A stretch of DNA of 62,931 nucleotides, counting the filler, from Octopus bimaculoides (lineage: Eukaryota), in the NCBI RefSeq assembly GCF_001194135.2. It is 10 parts of 9 records of this genome, joined end to end, with 100 filler letters (N's around TTAATTAATTAA, not from the genome) between each part and the next. Parts side by side here need not be neighbours in the genome. Positions count along the whole stretch, not along the records: positions 41,017 to 44,521 come from NC_068983.1; positions 44,622 to 57,864 come from NC_068998.1; 8 more parts are not named here. One strand, given 5' to 3'. Numbering within the stretch: position 1 is the first letter of the stretch; each line of letters begins with the position of its first letter. Positions 41,222 through 52,924 of this stretch are shown here, piece after piece. Made by a program: the position numbers and the translations under genes. Below the pieces are notes generated by a model that worked only from the letters and a program-made list of their open reading frames with translations, had not been told where the DNA came from and ran no database searches.

Positions 41222-42530
41222 TCCTTCGTAACACAGTGTAGGTAAAAATGCATCGGAATCTTTAATCATCTGTCAAGTCACAACAAGGACCTCAGACAGA
41301 ATACTTTCCTTAAGATGTGCGCTGTGCCCAATAAGGCTGCTTTTTCAAGACATCAATCTTGCATGGGATTTCCAGTTGCCTTAAGAAGTTTTGAAGTTTT
41401 AATGGGATTGTGCCCAACGCTCCGATCACCACTGCTATCACTTTTACATTACTCTCTCGCATTCCATACAGTCTTGCAATTTCCACTTTCAATTCGGAGT
41501 ACTTGGTAATTTTTTCAATCTCTTTGCTCACAACTTTCATGTCATTTGGTATGGCTACATCAATGATCTGACAGTATTTGTCTCTCTTATTCAATATGAC
41601 AATATCCGGCCGACAGTGTTCGATTACACGATCCGTCTGAAAACCATAGTCCCAGAGTATCGTCACTTTTCCATCCTCCTGCATAACTTTACTTGGTGCA
41701 TGCTCATACCAATTCTCTGTTACTTCATATTGGTACTTACCGCATAAGAGCCAATGAAAATACACACACACTTTATCGTGGTGGCGCTTGTATTCTTTTT
41801 CTGCAAGCCTCTCACATCCACTTACTAAGTGGGTCACATTTTCCCCACTCTTTCCACAGAATCTGCATTTCTGGGTGTCAGAAGTTTTATAAATGTTATA
41901 CTTCACTGAATTGATTGCGAGAGCCTGGTCTTGTGCAGCAATGATCAGGCTTTCGGTGGTACGCTTCAAATAACCCCGCTCAAGCCATGTCCACGATGCT
42001 GTATTATCCTTAACATCGTGTGTATTCCTTTCAAACTGTCCATGCATGCTCATTTCAAGGTCTTCTTTTCTCTTATCCTCAGCTCTTTGGTTAAACTCTT
42101 CCTTGCCCATCATTTCATCTGCATTTACACCCATATCTTTCGCGGCATATTGCAGCAGGTCTTCATCACCATTTATCAAATATTCGGCAAGCGTTCTCCT
42201 TTTACTCCTTATACAATGGTCTATACTAATTATTCCTCTGCCACCATTCTTTCATTTCATATAGAGTCATATACATGTTTACGTTTGCTTTCGGGTGTAG
42301 CGCCCCATGCAGCGTCATCAACTCTCTCGTCCTTCTATCCAGTGTTAATATTTCCTCCTTTGTCCATTTGAGGATAAACGCATTATACCTGACCACCGCA
42401 ACTGCTCAGATATTCATTGCGATAATCAAATTTTTGGCATTCAAGTTGGATTTCAACACCATCTTCACTCGTTTGATACGCCTCACTGACCTTGGCTTTA
42501 ATTTCTCTGTGTAGAATGTCATCCAGCTAT
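41222..42530 (-). mobile_element. 5'-truncated R4/Dong-type LINE (third family)
   Basis: ORF 41310-42179: WLERGYLKRTTESLIIAAQDQAL, CRFCGKSGENVTHLVSGC, KRHHD, CRPDIVILNK, IIDVAIP, EKITKYSEL, VVIGALG. Upstream stops. AAT tracts at both ends. Confidence 0.92.
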
Positions 42531-42589
42531 TATTAATATTGCTGTTGTTTTTATTATTGTTGTTGTTGCTACTTTTATTATTGTTGTTG

Positions 42590-42661
<72 letters not shown>

Positions 42662-42666
<5 letters not shown>

Positions 42667-43045
42667 TAGATTTGCTTTTACCACGTGCTTTCACTGCACT
42701 ATCAAGCGCAGCTCTGTGTGCCTTAGTTTGTTGTGGTGCTCTTATTTTCACTGTATTGAAAGTGTTTCATGTAGGATGTGTGTGGTGCCTAGCAGTGCTA
42801 TTTTCTGTATGTTATATATACTTGTAAATCCTGGTGTTTTTATTTTATTTGTCACAATGTTTTTTTATCATACCTAATGCACCTACACACACACTTTATC
42901 GTGGTGGCGCTTGTATTCTTTTTCTGCAAGCCTCTCACATCCACTTACTAAGTGGGTCACATTTTCCCCACTCTTTCCACAGAATCTGCATTTCTGGGTG
43001 TCAGAAGTTTTATAAATGTTATACTTCACTGAATTGATTTCTGTT
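42662..43045 (-). mobile_element. Chimeric R4/Dong fragment (zinc-knuckle piece fused to another family's 3' end)
   Basis: 42886-43036 duplicates ~41760-41910. 42662-42885 resembles 16322-16560. Confidence 0.85.
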
Positions 43046-43057
43046 TTTAGGCTGTTG

Positions 43058-43137
<80 letters not shown>

Positions 43138-43161
43138 GTTGTTGTTGTTGTTGTTGTTGTT

Positions 43162-43670
43162 GAGTGAGAGAGCAGGGCATGCCATCAAAGTGACACTGGG
43201 GTAAAATATACAAAGCCCAGTATACCCATCATGGCTACCCGTCTGATAAGGGTACACTAGGCACATGCATCACAACCATATGTGCGCGACATGGTGATCT
43301 CATATCAAGATAAACAACGCATGACCTCGCAGGTGGGACCCAGTTAGAATTTTCTTCAGTTCGAGTAGCCCATCCCACTTAAAAGGTCCTTAAATAAGGT
43401 TTTTTTAAGGTTGTTGAGCAAAACACCCATGTTTCCAAAGGTGAATTATTCAAACTCTAAAGAATTCCTCTCAACACATGGCTATGATACTCCCTCACTA
43501 CTTCTGCTCATAATCAGAGATGCACATATCGTCAGCCACCAAGGGACATGCTCAACTGGTTAAGGTCAAACACCTGACAAGAAAATCTGTGGTATTAAGC
43601 AGAATATTTGCTGTAGCCCATCTTTTATACCAAGACAAAACAATGTACATGATAATACTTTCAATCAGTT
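43162..43670. mobile_element. Unclassified ~550-600 bp repeat, copy 4, truncated by a SINE (43671-43840)
   Basis: Homologous to 13469-13975. Confidence 0.85.
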
Positions 43671-44306
43671 TCGGCCGTCGTTACGTTTTGAGTTCAAATT
43701 CCCTCGAAATCGATTTTGCATTTCATCTTTTCGTGAGGGGGCGGCGATAAATTAAGTGCCAGTGAAACACTGGGGTCGATGTAATCGACTAGTCTCCTCC
43801 TCACACGTTTCAGACTTTGTGCCTCCAGTAGAAAGGATTATTACTATTCACACTGGTACCTTCTATATTCAGATAACTACGACTAAAGTCGACGCTAACA
43901 TTACAATTAATATTAATTATACCGTTAGGTTCATTTTGGCTGCCAGTCATCACCCGGGTCAAAGTTCCGATAGTGTACGTTATTATCGACATTTCGGTCT
44001 GCACATTTATCGGCACTCCCAACATCCAGTACGTAACCATTATTTGTATTATCAATAGCAGAGGTCACAGTCAAAGGAATAATATCAGGAATGTTTACGA
44101 TGTTCAAACGTATCCTTGTCACTATAAATATTCATTTCATGCCTGTTGGAACAGGGTTAAGAAACAGGAATAGAAAGCCTGTTGCCGTATTTATCTGCAT
44201 TGTTCTTAGTAACGAACAAGTTTTCAATCTATTATGGTTAATCACAGCAATGTTGTCAAACAAATTAGATATGGTTGACTATGAAGATTTAATATATTCA
44301 TGTGTT

Positions 44307-44360
<54 letters not shown>

Positions 44361-45279
44361 TGCTTATGAATGGATGTGTTTATTTAAAAATATACATACA
44401 TACATACACATATATATATATATAAATCGCTTCAATATACCACGACGTCTAAAAAACTTTTGAACTTTTCCACTTTTGTAAACCTCCTTTATCATCCTTT
44501 TTTACCTTACTTTCCTTCACCNNNNNNNNNNNNNNNNNNNNNNNNNNNNNNNNNNNNNNNNNNNNTTAATTAATTAANNNNNNNNNNNNNNNNNNNNNNN
44601 NNNNNNNNNNNNNNNNNNNNNTATATATATATATATATATATATATCTCATCATCATCATCGCTTAATGTCCACCTTCTATGCTGGTATGGGTACACACA
44701 TACAAACACACACACCACATATATAGTTTACTGTTCTGTTACAGGTAGGATCAACAATAAAAGTACTCTATCCAGTGAGAGATAAATATTTAATTAAGCA
44801 CAATTTATAAAAGAGCTAAATAAGAGTTTCATGCTGGCAGATTTATATAACCTGCCATGTGTCTCCAAGCAATCTTTCAGGTTCAGTGCATATTGTTAGA
44901 TGTATTTAAAATTCAGGATGCTGGTTTATGAGAAAATACAACAAAAAATATGGTAAGAAAGATGCAAAGAAGGTTGATGCAAAAAGTGGAACAAGAAGGG
45001 AAAAAAATAAGAAAACCAAGATATATGTTTCCTTTCTCTGTAGAAATCATAATTAATCTAGCTGGTATAAAACAGAAAGGAGGTAGCTACTTAATCTGGA
45101 GAGAATGGTATCCACCAGTTCGAGACAAAAAAACTGTCCATGTGCTGGAGTTAATTAGTGTTGTGAAATTCTTGATTTCTCCCCAATTCTCTTGATTCTA
45201 TGTGGTGTGCTGTTGGTCTTCAGATCCCATATATGGCTACCCAACTTAATGGTTTTATTTTCATCAATATTTCAGAGAA

Positions 45280-45590
45280 AGACTGGTGGTTTGCACAATG
45301 GGTTTTAGAAACCTGATAGCCAACATCAGTAATAGGATACCTAATGTATCCTCTTCAAAGGAAATATTTGATGAAACAGCTCCTTACTATATCAATGCCT
45401 TGACTAACAGTGACTTCAAAGATAAGATATATAACCCTTCAGTTAAAAATATGAAACCCAAAAATAAGCCTTGGAAAATAATATGGCTCATCACAACTTT
45501 CTCCTTAAATGTTAAAATTAACAGAGGCAAAAAATTCCTGGCATTATTAAATAAGTATTTCTCAATAAGCCACAAATACAGAAGGATTTC
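45280..45590 (+). mobile_element. Penelope-like element fragment (RT-to-endonuclease linker)
   Basis: ISNRIPNVSSSKEIFDETAPYYINALTNSDFK...IIW..TFSLNVKIN.GKKFLALLNKYF...HKY resembles PLE SSSEEIF..A.PYY..AL..SG...IIWFNPPFS.NV.TNIG..FL.LI.KHF. Confidence 0.8.
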
Positions 45591-45895
45591 TACGACTGGA
45601 TACCCTTCCTAATGCCAACCACTCCAAGAGTGTAGTGGCAGTTTCATGACACTGGCATCAGTCACATTCTCTGTGTGGGCCAACGTTCAACAGGTGCTTT
45701 TTACATGCTACCAGCATGAGTACCAGGCACACCACACTGGCATCAGCCACATTGCCTCCATGAGGCCCAACGCTCAAAAAGTCCTCTTTATGTGCTACCA
45801 GCATGGGTGCCAGTTACATGACACTGGCAGCAGCCACGACTATGACTTCACTTAGCTAAATGGGTTTTCTCAAGCACAGCATATCATCAAACCTG
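45588..45895 (-). mobile_element. RTE-related short repeat with ~70 bp internal tandem units
   Basis: Inverted relative of 51455-51910. Confidence 0.7.
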
Positions 45896-46863
45896 TAACA
45901 CTACAATAATATGTCCCCATCAGAGGGTGTTTATATGATCTTTGTTCATAGAAATGGTGTATATCTGTTATGGGGTGAGTGCACAAGTGAAGGATAGCAC
46001 CATCTACAGTTTGTAGATAGGTTAAGATTTGGAGGCCGGTTGATAGATTAAGGAATTATGTTGAATTAAACAGAGTGGACCTTCAGACAGGGTCAACTAA
46101 TGGAAAAATAGTTGTGAAGAGTTGTCAGTATATTGGATTTCATAACAGACCAATGGTTCAGCAACAATTGTTTTGCTTAACTGGATTGGAATAGAGTTTT
46201 GTAATGTTGAGTCACTGTCCCTGGCAATAACATTAGTTCAAGCCAATGAGGGAACCTCTAAAAGGTTATTTGGCTTTTTTTTGGTTTTCATTTTTAATTG
46301 TTGAGTTTGGTGGAAGGGGCAGTCCCCATAATCTTTGTAGGCCCTTTGAGATTGGTGAACTTAATGCTGTAAATATTGTGAACAATATCATTGCAGAGAA
46401 ACATCTGCAGGATAAGACATGACCAGATAGGAATGCTGGTGGGAATGCTGTTCTACGGTGGGGACTTAAGAAGGAAGAAAGAAAGGGGATGGGAATGGAA
46501 ATATAAAGATTATTTGTGTTTGGAAATGGGTGTAAGATGGGGGAGTGGTGTGTATATGTGCTTGTGTGATTATATATAAATAACAAGAGATGGCTAATAT
46601 GTTGACTCACCTCTCTCAGAATCTGCACCTTACATTGATCTGAAGCATATTATGGACCATACATTTAGTACAATGTGCGTTTTTTGATTAGCCTCGGGGC
46701 TATTGATATACTCAGTCAGGTACAGTTAATCATATACATAACCTGAATATCTTTCTGCCTGTACCTGCATATGCATTCCTCTGTTTTTGATGTGTACACA
46801 TTTTCTTTTCGACCCAACACAGTGCCTTACCATTTAAGTGCCTGATTCACTTGATTCTTGATC

Positions 46864-46911
<48 letters not shown>

Positions 46912-46921
46912 NNNNNNNNNN

Positions 46922-46979
<58 letters not shown>

Positions 46980-47320
46980 TTGGTATAAAGATATGTGAAT
47001 ATAGAAGTATAGTGGGGTATGTGTGTGTTGGTGACACAAGGTTCTAAAGCAAACTTCTTCACCACATGCCCATATGCACACATGCATGTATGCATGTATG
47101 TATCACTGGTAGATTTCTAGACTACTATGTTCGTTTTGATATCTGTGACATTTCTTCTTTTCTTTCTATTATTTTCTTCATGTCAAAATTGAAATCTCAT
47201 GTATAATCAGTACATTTTATCACTGTTGATTATAGCTTTTAACAGCATTTTAAAATTTTATTTTTAGTTATTTATTTTTTGTTAAATTAAAGTTCTCATT
47301 TTTTTTCTTCTGTTTTCCAG

Positions 47321-47471
47321 TATCAGTGATATCATCTCTGTATCAGATGGAATCATTATATCTCGAGGCAATCTTGGCATTAGCATAAAACCTGAAAAGT
47401 TGTTCAAAGCTCAGAAAATGATCACTGGTCTTGCTAACATTGCCGGAAAATCTGTTACATGTGCAAGCCAG
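47321..47471 (+). CDS. PK: Pyruvate kinase-like gene, internal exon (151 nt; equivalent to human PKM exon 7)
   Basis: Polypyrimidine tract then ttccag| acceptor and |gtctgt donor. Translates ISDIISVSDGIIISRGNLGISIKPEKLFKAQKMITGLANIAGKSVTCASQ, an ungapped match to PK [50 protein letters not shown]. Confidence 0.93.
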
Positions 47472-48518
47472 GTCTGTAGATGTATGAATTTACTTCAGTC
47501 ATTTCACTGTATGATAATATATTTCTGATAATATTTTATAATTATGTATTTATACCCCTATCGATTCATACTTATGACAGCAGCAATCAAGCTTTGTGCG
47601 ACTAAAACTTCTATACTTGCTTGCTTGTTTCATGCACTAGCTTCATGGAATTTGGGTCATCCCAGATTAGTGGTCCGAGAGATGTTATTATGTGTAGAGC
47701 CAACCAGATTCACCACTGGTCTCCATTGCTGGTGGTACTGTGGCAGTCCTTCTGCATCCTCCAAGGTGATCTTCAGCCTCTGGAGATCTTTCCCAATCGT
47801 GTACAGCCATCTTGAATTTTAAGAACAGCTCCATATATATATATATAAACTTATTAGTTACAGAATAAAAAGCATCACATTTGGGTCAACGACTCAACAT
47901 ACAACATTCCCCTCAATAAACGATCATATATAAAGAAATACATCAAAGTCTACAAATACATAAGAAAATATATATAAAAAATAAAACACATCATAAAACC
48001 CACAATATAAAAATTTATATATATATATTTTTTTTTCTACTAATAACATACAAATAAATCAAATTTGAGTTAAAAATATAACACAATACATATATATATC
48101 TTTTTATAATTCCAATTCGAATAAAATTAAGTGATTAAAAATTCAAAATAGACAAATAAAGCAAAATAGAATAAGATAAAATGAAGTAAAATAAAATACT
48201 ATAATAGTCCATTGGCTAAAACATTATATTTGATGACAAAACATTAAAATGACAAAAAACTTTAAAATGATTTAGCATCATTTGAAGTTATATTAGAAGG
48301 TCCTGTACTTACCTCAAGGCACACGTAATAACAGCAGACTTCCATAGGTAAAATCCGTCTCTGCTCACCAAACATACAAAAGTTCATAAAAACCACTGGT
48401 CAAAATCATAGGTCAAAACACACACAAGCACCTATGGCCTTTTCAAGGGTTCACCACCGTAGTCCATACACGTCATAGTGCAATCTGGTGATGACCCCCT
48501 CCTCAGGGTAACATTTAC

Positions 48519-48571
48519 AGACAAACATCAAGACATGCAACCATGATGGTTGCATGTCTTGATGTTTGTCT
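48519..48571. repeat. Perfect 26-bp inverted repeat with 1-nt spacer
   Basis: agacaaacatcaagacatgcaaccat-g-atggttgcatgtcttgatgtttgtct. Confidence 0.97.
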
Positions 48572-48574
48572 TTG

Positions 48575-48760
48575 TAGCAGTTGACTATGGTGCTGTTACA
48601 CTAGTCATTGGGTATGACTCCTTTGTGTACCACCTGATTAACTATACAGGTGACTAGACCATAACCCACACTGCCAGACATCTTAAGCAACTCAATGGTT
48701 ATTCCTGAAGGGCTGGGTGCTTTCCTCATCTTCATATCCTTTGTCTACAATGCTACTGTC
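48575..48760 (-). mobile_element. RTE LINE reverse transcriptase N-terminal fragment
   Basis: IKDMKMRKAPSPSGITIELLKMSG.VG...V..IVN.VV..GVIPND*..STIVNCYK. Confidence 0.8.
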
Positions 48761-48845
48761 AATTCTACTGTCTAATGCTTGAAGAATGCATTAGAATTGC
48801 TATTGTGTGATTCTGTAATAAATGTTGATTTTCTTTAACCTACAG

Positions 48846-48998
48846 ATGTTGGAGAGTATGACCATTCATCCTCGACCTACACGTGCTGAAGCAGGAGATG
48901 TTGCTAATTCTGTCTTAGATGGCATTGATTGTGTTATGTTGTCATCTGAAACTGCTAAAGGAAAATATGTAATGCAAAGCATCAAAACTTTAGTGCAG
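48846..48998 (+). CDS. PK: Pyruvate kinase-like gene, internal exon (153 nt; equivalent to PKM exon 8)
   Basis: ctacag| acceptor and |gtaagg donor, phase 0/0. [51 protein letters not shown] contains the PK motifs PRPTRAE, DVAN.VLDG.DC.MLS.ETAKG. Confidence 0.96.
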
Positions 48999-50049
48999 GT
49001 AAGGTTACAAGGTTATACTGCAATAGTTTTATAGCTTAAATGATAGTAATTCCCTGTACTACTAACCTACTCCCTTTAAGAACTCTAAATGCAGCTAACA
49101 TTAACTTTAAAGAAAATCCTCAACCTAATACTCTTATGTATTCCATCGATTCCTTCTCTAATATAAGCACCAGAGGAGCAATCTACTTGACAAATTTCTC
49201 TTTCTTCTTGGCTATACTAAGAGATTTATATCAGGCAGTGGTTGCAAATCTCCTCAAAATCTTTGCAAGAATTTTAACTGTCTACTGTAGTAGTGCAGTT
49301 GTGTTGTTGAAATATCCATTCAGCCACTTTATCTTTCCTTCTTTTGCTGTGTGTCTGATTAGCTTACAGCTATTAATACTGCAGCGATTACATGTACATG
49401 GCAAAAAGTAAAAGGTAAACTTCTCACACTTCACTTTATCTATACAACTAAGGCTCTTAAGAAAAGAAAAAATATCACATTAATCAATTCTCTCTTAACC
49501 GTTTTGATACCAACCTGCCCAAGTCCACTCTTGAGTTCTATAATACAAACATTTTGCTTTAAAACCTTTCATCAAAATCTAATGTTTATTTATGTTCCAA
49601 GCACCAGCTTAATGACAACATTTTATTTTACTAAATTCTTCATTATTGTCAACATAAATTGAACAAAGGAAGAGTGTTTTAATAGAAATATGGTAACAAA
49701 AGCATTAAAATGTAGAGTCCTTATGTTTAGTCAAAATTAAACAAAATTATAAGGTGATCCTGATTCCAACTCTTTTCTAAAAATTTTGTGTTTTGAAACA
49801 TCTGAAGTCAAACTAAAAAGTAGACGTTAGTGATGGTTTTAATAAATTCCATATTTTACTGTGGATTAACCACAAAGAATTATGTGTTGACTTAGCACTT
49901 CTAACAGTGTAAAACAAATAGGTAATGAATGGTGAGCCAAAAACTAAAATGTTAGCATGCTCCAATGGGTGTGTAATATTGGCTTCAAATTTTGACATAA
50001 TAAAGCCAGCAATTTTATGGGAATGGTAAGTCAATTACATGGATCCCAA

Positions 50050-50200
50050 TGCTCAATTGGTACTTATTTTATCAAACCCCGAAAAGGATGAAAGGCAGAA
50101 TTGACCTTGGCAGAATTTGAACTCAGAACACAAAGACAGATGAAATGCCACTAAGCATTTTGTCCAGTGTGCTAATGATTCTACCAGCATGCTGCCTTAT
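50050..50200 (-). mobile_element. CpG-decayed SINE copy in a PK intron (also 54590-54760 and 55915-56115)
   Basis: Same family as 28843, with most CG changed to TG/CA. Confidence 0.8.
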
Positions 50201-51454
50201 GGGTGTGTAATATTAATGTGCATGAATGCCTGAGTACAAATGAGAAAGGATTCAGACCATGACAAGCTTTCCAGTTCATACCAGCAGGGAAGGTGGACTT
50301 AAAATGATTATGACAATTAACCCTAGTAGTACACATCCCAGTGCATTGTATTAGACTAAAGAAGTTATTTATGCTACAGTTATTTATGTGTGTATATGTG
50401 CTGTTGTGTTTGAACTAAGTGTGAGAGATAGTGTTTATAGATCATTTAACATATAAGTAAGATGGGCTGTGCTGATTACAGCTTGCTGTTTTGACAATCT
50501 GTGTCCTTCACATATAAAAGATTGTTTGAGTATTTGAATATCCAAACTGTCAATAATGACAGCAGGTGTTTTACTAAACTTTGTGATAATTACATTTTGG
50601 TCTGTATACATGAATATTTGATTTTTCAAATTGGTGGTATTGTTGAAAAATGTACATGGTGAAAGTTACTAATGAGAGTATGATGATGTAAATAAAAACG
50701 CCAGAATAACAGGAAAATAACTGGAAAATAAGAAAATCATATTTATCACTCCTCAAATATCATTTTGCTTGATTACTTTTGATATATATACATTATGTTG
50801 TAGTCAATGATTCACTCATTATTCTATATTATGCTAATTTCACAAATATTGTACATGTATACATATTCAAAACTACCAAAATATATGCATACTTATACAT
50901 GGGTACGGGTTCTTACAAACAGGTTATATACGTTTTCTAAAGATTTTTAAGGGACAGTAGGTTTATTTTATGCAAAAACTGTGCCGTTACAACATATTTG
51001 GCACATTACATGCAAAAGCTATAAATATGCAATATAAACATTATTATTCACATTCACTTCAAAAGTTCCTGGAGAATAATATTTCTTGTATAGACATGAG
51101 AAGGCACCAACACACCTAAGCCTTCTGAATTTTCAGTCTATAATTTCAAGTTATTTCTGATTTTTGTTCTGCTTAAATCAACAAATACATGTGTGCACTG
51201 TATTTAGTAAACAGGCTGAAGTTGAAGACATGAATATAAAAGGTAATAGTGGAATATATGAAGAAGAATAATGAATGGTAAGATAAGCAATGACAGCTCG
51301 TAGATAAAATTAGTGGAGGTGCTACTTCAGAAAATTTTTAGCCATTGTTTTAATATTGTGTAAAAGGAAACAAACATATAAAAAGAATATTTATACATAA
51401 ATTTGATCAGGTTGCATTTTAGCCACTGCCGGGTAAGACCTGTTGGGGCAAGTG

Positions 51455-51910
51455 AAAGCGAAATCATGATGGCACCTGTACCGTCCGAATATGATTGTTG
51501 CCAGAGCAGCCGTCTGGCTTCCGTGCCAGTGGCACATAAATAGCACCATTTGAGCGTGATCGTTACCAGCGACGCCTTCCTGGCACGTGAAAAGACATTT
51601 GAGCGAGGTCGTTGCCAGTGCCGCTGGACTGGCTCCTGTGCAGGTGGCATGTAAAATACACCATTTTGAGCGTGGCCGTTGCCAGTACCGCCTGACTGGC
51701 CCTTGTGCTGGTGGCACATAAAAGCACCCACTACACTCTCGGAGTGTTTGGCATTAGGAAGGGCATCCAGCTGTAGAAACTCTGCCAGATCAGATTGGAG
51801 CCTGGTGTATCCATCTGGTTCGCCAGTCCTCAGTCAAATCGTCCAACCCATGCTAGCATGGAAAGCGGACGTTAAACGATGATGGTGATGATGATGATGA
51901 TAATGATGAT
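51455..51910 (+). mobile_element. RTE-related short repeat ending in (GAT)n (further copy 57664-57864, minus)
   Basis: ~70 bp internal repeats, then ggcattaggaagggcatccagctgtagaaac...ccaacccatgctagcatggaaagcggacgttaaacgatgatg. Confidence 0.8.
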
Positions 51911-52878
51911 GAACACCGCTGCGAATTCCCCCTTGTTTTTCAAAAACCACCCCTTAATCAAAAAATAAGGGAAGAAAATCTGCCCTATTTTTCAAATCCT
52001 GGCAGCAATGCTAAAGCTGGAAGCAGGATAATAATCTAATTCTACACTTTATCACATTCAAGAATATGAACACATTTTTAAGCATAACACATACGGAGTC
52101 AAAAAGAAACACTACCTTTCACCAGTACTGTGTGAACAACAGTGCTGTCTTGCTCTAGCGTGAAGCTTCCTATCTCGGACATGTGAGCATGCACACAACA
52201 GCCAAACACCACATCGCTGGAACTGTGAAGCACACAGTTCTATTAAAGGATTTTTGTTTTCATAAACTAGGGGATGGTTTCTGACATTAAGCTTAAAGAT
52301 TATATAATGTATAAGTATAAAGAAAGAATTAAAGAAAAAAAGGACTCATTATATTGAATGTTATCGATAATATCAAGTGGAAATAGGGGGTGCTGCAGTT
52401 CTGCAGTACCTATATACGAGCCGCCACTGGGGATAAGTGTAAATACAAATATATATAGCGTATTAAATATACATTGACAACACATAGCATATTATATATA
52501 TTGATTAAATTTACCACTGAGAAAAACAAGAAAATTAATTTGATCACCAGAATTTATGAGCATAAAAGCATTAGTTGAGTATTATGAGACAAACAAAACA
52601 GCAAAATGAGCTTTCAAAGACAAAAATAAACAGAACAATTCCAGCCCATGTTGAATAATTTAGAGCTCATGTGGAATGGTTTAGAAAGTAAATCATATAA
52701 AGGGGAACATGTTCAACAGCTTCAAATGGTTAATCACACCAAAAAAGGAAAGAAATATTTATACAAATACACATAGTGTATTATACTGGTTTTTTGTTAC
52801 AGTTCTATATTTAAGAGATGAGGAATTATGTGCATTATTTACATTCGAAGGATATTTGTCCTCATCTTGTTTGTTGTT

Positions 52879-52924
52879 AACACAACGTTTTGGCTGATAT
52901 ACCCTCCAGCCTTCTTCAGGTGTC
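52879..52924 (-). ncRNA. Minimal type I hammerhead ribozyme motif (G12 mutated)
   Basis: GACAC-CUGAAGA-A-GGCUG[gaggguauau]CAGCC-AAAAC-GUU-GUGUU. Stems I and II and the palindromic AACGUU stem III are present. Confidence 0.6.
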
